Shown here piece after piece: positions 60,665-64,000 of a stretch of DNA of 64,000 nucleotides. Under the pieces are notes generated by a model, which was given only the letters and a program-made list of their open reading frames with translations, did not search any database and had not been told where the DNA came from. The stretch spans positions 24,180,001 to 24,244,000 of the forward strand of contig OZ024760.1 in the NCBI GenBank assembly GCA_964016885.1. Reading direction: 5' to 3'. The position numbers and the translations under genes were made by a program. This DNA comes from Eledone cirrhosa (lineage: Eukaryota). Each line of letters opens with the position of its first letter. Position 1 is the first letter of the stretch.

Positions 60665-60715
<51 letters not shown>

Positions 60716-60724
60716 TATATATAC

Positions 60725-60786
<62 letters not shown>

Positions 60787-60890
60787 GTTTATCCCGAGTT
60801 CAATCGGGGGAAACCACAGTAATTAAGTTCCTCACTTCATTGCAAAGTATAAACGTTTAATATAGAAATGGCTTCTACAGGATTAGAGCT
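60787..60890 (-). mobile_element. Family B tail, diverged truncated copy in (TA)n
   Basis: Reverse complement aligns to 61268-61368. Confidence 0.7.
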
Positions 60891-61042
60891 CTTTTGTTCT
60901 ACATATATATATATGTGTGTATATTGTTAAACTTTGGTCATGTTATCAATAAAAACACAGACAAAATGAATACAAAAACAAATTTAATATAAATATATAT
61001 GTATATATATATATATATATGTGTAGGAAAATAGGAAAATAG

Positions 61043-61093
<51 letters not shown>

Positions 61094-61096
<3 letters not shown>

Positions 61097-61163
61097 ATAC
61101 TTTGGGAGGGTCATGTTGCCAATAAGAAACACACGCACCAGTTGCTAAACAAATTCAGAAACG

Positions 61164-61165
<2 letters not shown>
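61094..61165 (-). mobile_element. Family F tail fragment in (TA)n
   Basis: 61098-61145 is the reverse complement of 34320-34367. Confidence 0.75.
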
Positions 61166-61199
<34 letters not shown>

Positions 61200-61207
<8 letters not shown>

Positions 61208-61366
61208 TGAGATTCTACAGGACTAGAACTGTTTCATTCTTTAGAAATCATCAGGAATGAAACAGTTCTAGTCCTGTAGAATCTCATCTATATTAAAACT
61301 TTTATACTCTGCAATGTATTGAGTACCTTACTTAATGTGGTTACCTCCGATTCAACCCGGAATAAC

Positions 61367-61370
<4 letters not shown>
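61200..61370 (+). mobile_element. Palindromic element family B with a hammerhead motif at 61212-61258 (-)
   Basis: AUUC-CUGAUGA-UUUC(UAAA)GAAU-GAAA-CAG(UUCUAGUC)CUG-UA-GAAU; tail homologous to 33141-33210. Confidence 0.8.
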
Positions 61371-61426
<56 letters not shown>

Positions 61427-61671
61427 TAGAAGGGATAGTTAATATTTGTTGGAAATTCAACAAGTATAAATGTTTATAACTGATTCAGAGCACTCGAAAA
61501 GTTTCTGGAGTAAATATTCAATGATATTAAATAATAAATAATGTTTTATAAATATTCTATCATTGACTCCACTCCAAGAATTACAATAAACACAACCTGG
61601 GAAGGAATCCATCTTTTTGAACCCCGAACAATTAAAATAAAAAAAATTTTTTTCCATAACATCTCAACCTT

Positions 61672-62252
61672 TTACTCCACATATTAACAGCCACCATGTT
61701 GTCTTACTCCACATGTTAACAGCACCATGTCGCCTTACTCCACATGTTAACAACACCATGTTGTCTTACTCCACATGTTAACAGCCCCATGTCGCCTTAC
61801 TCCACATGTTAACAGCACCATGTTGTCTTACTCCACATGTTAACAGCCCCATGTTGTTTTACTCCACATGTTAACAGCACAATGTTGTCTTACTCCACAT
61901 GTTAACAGCCACCATGTTGTATTACTCCACATGTTAACAGCCACCATGTTGCCTTATACCACATGTTAACAGCCACCATGTTGTCTTACTCCACATGTTA
62001 ACAGCCACCATGTTGCCTTACACTACATGTTAACAGCCATCATTATGCCTTACTCCACATGTTAACAACCACCATGTTGCCTTACACTACATGTTAGCAG
62101 CCACCATGTTGCCTTACACTACATGTTAACAGCTTCCATGTTGTCTTACTCTACATGTTACCGCCTCCATGTCATGTTAACAGTCATGATGTTGTCTTCC
62201 ACTAGATGTTAACAGTTACCGTGTCTTATACTACATGTTAACAGTCACCATG
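61672..62252. repeat. 31-32-bp minisatellite TTACTCCACATGTTAACAGC(C)ACCATGTTGYC, about 18 units
   Basis: Direct. Confidence 0.95.
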
Positions 62253-62296
62253 TAGTTTAGATTGAGAGAACAATCAGGCGGCGACAGTCTACTTAC

Positions 62297-62385
62297 CTGG
62301 AATAACCTTCATACATCCATTATCGATATCAGCTTTATCAACAGCAAGCCACACAGTTATTACATCCCCGTCGACACCCCAATAC
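62297..62385 (-). CDS. Internal exon (89 bp) of a phytanoyl-CoA dioxygenase (PhyH) family Fe(II)/2OG dioxygenase
   Basis: TTTGTTTTTGCAG| acceptor and |GTAAGT donor; encodes YWGVDGDVITVWLAVDKADIDNGCMKVIP(G), the typical W.A.D....NGC...IPG motif. Confidence 0.9.
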
Positions 62386-62545
62386 CTGCAAAAACAAATT
62401 CAACAGGTTTTTTACAAAATCTTAACATTTTTTAAACACAATTCGTCACTTAAACACTTTTAACATGAAACCATTTAAAACTGCCCCTGGTTCTATGATA
62501 CAAATCTATTTCTAAGCTGTCTGTTTTAAAGTGTATATACAGGTT

Positions 62546-62875
62546 GAAGGTGCGTGGCTTTGTGGTTAGGGTATTCGGCTCACGATTGTAAGGTTGTGAG
62601 TTCAACTCCCGACAGCGCGCTGTGTCCTTCAGCAAGAGACTTTATTTCACGTTACTCCAGTCCACTCAGCTGGTAAAACTGAGTGGGAAGGGCCAGCCTT
62701 GCCACATTATCTATAGTTACAAGGACCAGCCTTGCCACACTGATTCACGCTGAATCTCCCTGAGAACTATATCAAGGGTACACGTGTCTGTGGAATGTTC
62801 AGTTATTTGCACGTTAATTTCATCTGTTGATCGTATCGACTGGAACACTCCTCGTCGTAACCGACGGGGTGCCTC
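62546..62875 (+). mobile_element. tRNA-derived SINE (family 2-like) in the PhyH intron
   Basis: GAAGGTGCGTGGCTTTGTGGTTAG...GAGTTCAACTCC head and TGTGTCCTTCAGCAAGAGACTTTATTTCAC core. Confidence 0.85.
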
Positions 62876-63052
62876 TAATCTTTAGTATATACAGTATTTA
62901 TCCATCATAGTTTTATGTAAGAACCTTTGTTACGTTATGTTCCAAACACCAGATTAATAATGGGACAATTAGTTATGTTACTAAATCACTCAAAATTATT
63001 TGGAAATCCTATATTAAGAATATAGGAACGAAAGAATAAGCAATGCCAATAT

Positions 63053-63238
63053 CAGATCTGTCAACTCTCCCCGTTCGACGGGGAGATCCCCCACCCCACT
63101 TTGGAGTGGGTGAGAGATGTGAAAATGGGTATAGCTTTTATTATGTAAAATCTCCCCAGTTTGCCTAATTTCTCCCCGTTTTGGGGCACTTTTTTTCATG
63201 GTACTCCCCGTTTGGGTTTTCAGAGGTTGGCAGGTCTG
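63053..63238. mobile_element. 186-bp MITE with hAT-like ends and a 6-bp target-site duplication
   Basis: CAGATCTGTCAAC ... GTTGGCAGGTCTG; CAATAT on both flanks (63047-63052 and 63239-63244). Confidence 0.7.
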
Positions 63239-63268
63239 CAATATTAAACAAATGTCAACTTCTCTTAT

Positions 63269-63485
63269 CTGACATCTTGATGCCAAGCAACGTATTGTTT
63301 AGCACCGTCTTTTCTAGAAGTGTCTTTCTCTGGATATTTGCAGATGAAACGAGAGTCCAACACGAAGATGTTATCTCCAAGAATGTTGCGGAGAGGATGT
63401 AAGACGTTCCGATGAGCAGCTAATTTCATCACTCAGGGAAACGTCGTGTGGACATTATGGAGAGAATATTGAGAGTTCTCTTTAC
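63269..63485 (-). pseudogene. 217-bp exon of the same PhyH-family gene, with an in-frame TGA (63433-63435) and a non-canonical AT donor (63267-63268)
   Basis: CCTTTTTCAG| acceptor; (G)KENSQYSLHNVHTTFP*VMKLAAHRNVLHPLRNILGDNIFVLDSRFICKYPEKDTSRKDGAKQYVAWHQDV(R); HQD iron-binding motif; phase 2 matches the next exon. Confidence 0.85.
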
Positions 63486-63552
63486 CTGAAAAAGGTATTT
63501 ATTTATTCATTTAGATTTTTAATTATTAAAGCAGTTAATATTCAGATGTTAC

Positions 63553-63585
63553 CTGCTGGAACTACATAGGTGTGAGGCGAAATAT
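63553..63585 (-). CDS. Possible 33-bp upstream mini-exon (ISPHTYVVPA)
   Basis: CTTTTCTTTCAG| acceptor, CAG|GTAAC donor, phase 1-1 compatible with the next exon; peptide not recognised. Confidence 0.35.
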
Positions 63586-63660
63586 CTGAAAGAAAAGACT
63601 GATACAGCTTGGTACCAGTCATTTTATAACTTATATACACATTATATACACTATGTACAC

Positions 63661-63732
<72 letters not shown>

Positions 63733-63806
63733 AGAGTCGGGATCCTGACGGCTGAGCTCTTGCACACACATACATACACACACATACATACATATATATA
63801 TATATA

Positions 63807-63850
63807 TGGTGGCTGCCCCCTCGTTATCAAGTATGGCAATTGCACGAGAA
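63807..63850 (-). mobile_element. Isolated RTE-type tail
   Basis: Minus strand GCCATACTTGATAACGAGGGGGCAGCCACC, like the tail at 28225-28255. Confidence 0.6.
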
Positions 63851-63936
63851 GAAAAAATAATAATAAAAATAATAATAATAACAACAATAATAATAACGAC
63901 AACAACAACAACAATAATAATACACACACACACACA

Positions 63937-64000
<64 letters not shown>

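Noticed and set aside
63261-63273. U12 AT-AC intron, or rescue by the nearby GTCAGA donor
   Set aside because: ATAAGA is not ATATCC and the acceptor is AG; the alternative GT is phase 0 and would frameshift the next exon
63433-63435. Selenocysteine codon
   Set aside because: The position appears to correspond to Trp rather than Cys, and no SECIS was identified

Overview
Repeat-dominated eukaryotic (animal) DNA. The extreme (TA)n/(CA)n/(TATG)n/(AAC)n load and the SINE families suggest an octopus or another coleoid cephalopod; this is an inference from remembered repeat families. Nearly all ORFs in the supplied track are microsatellite translations. Four things stand out. (1) Two, possibly three, minus-strand exons (62.3-63.6 kb) of a PhyH-family Fe(II)/2-oxoglutarate dioxygenase, missed by the ORF track. 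The frame is clean except for two apparent sense-strand G>A lesions: an in-frame TGA at a probable Trp and an AT splice donor. Both are formally repairable by A-to-I RNA editing, although a pseudogene or assembly error is at least as likely. (2) At least six families of short elements, each embedded in (TA)n and many of them palindromic, carry type I hammerhead ribozyme motifs with palindromic stem III. Several have an inverted copy plus a 3' tail, and four families share a YGAGTRC tail motif. This matches Penelope-like pseudo-LTR remnants. (3) RTE and RLE-type (R4/Dong-, CRE-like) non-LTR fragments, plus a bipartite non-autonomous RTE family piled up in (TATG)n. (4) Several minisatellites: two amplified from retrotransposon coding sequence, and one present as two inverted arrays. 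All RNA structures were folded by eye, and no searches were run.
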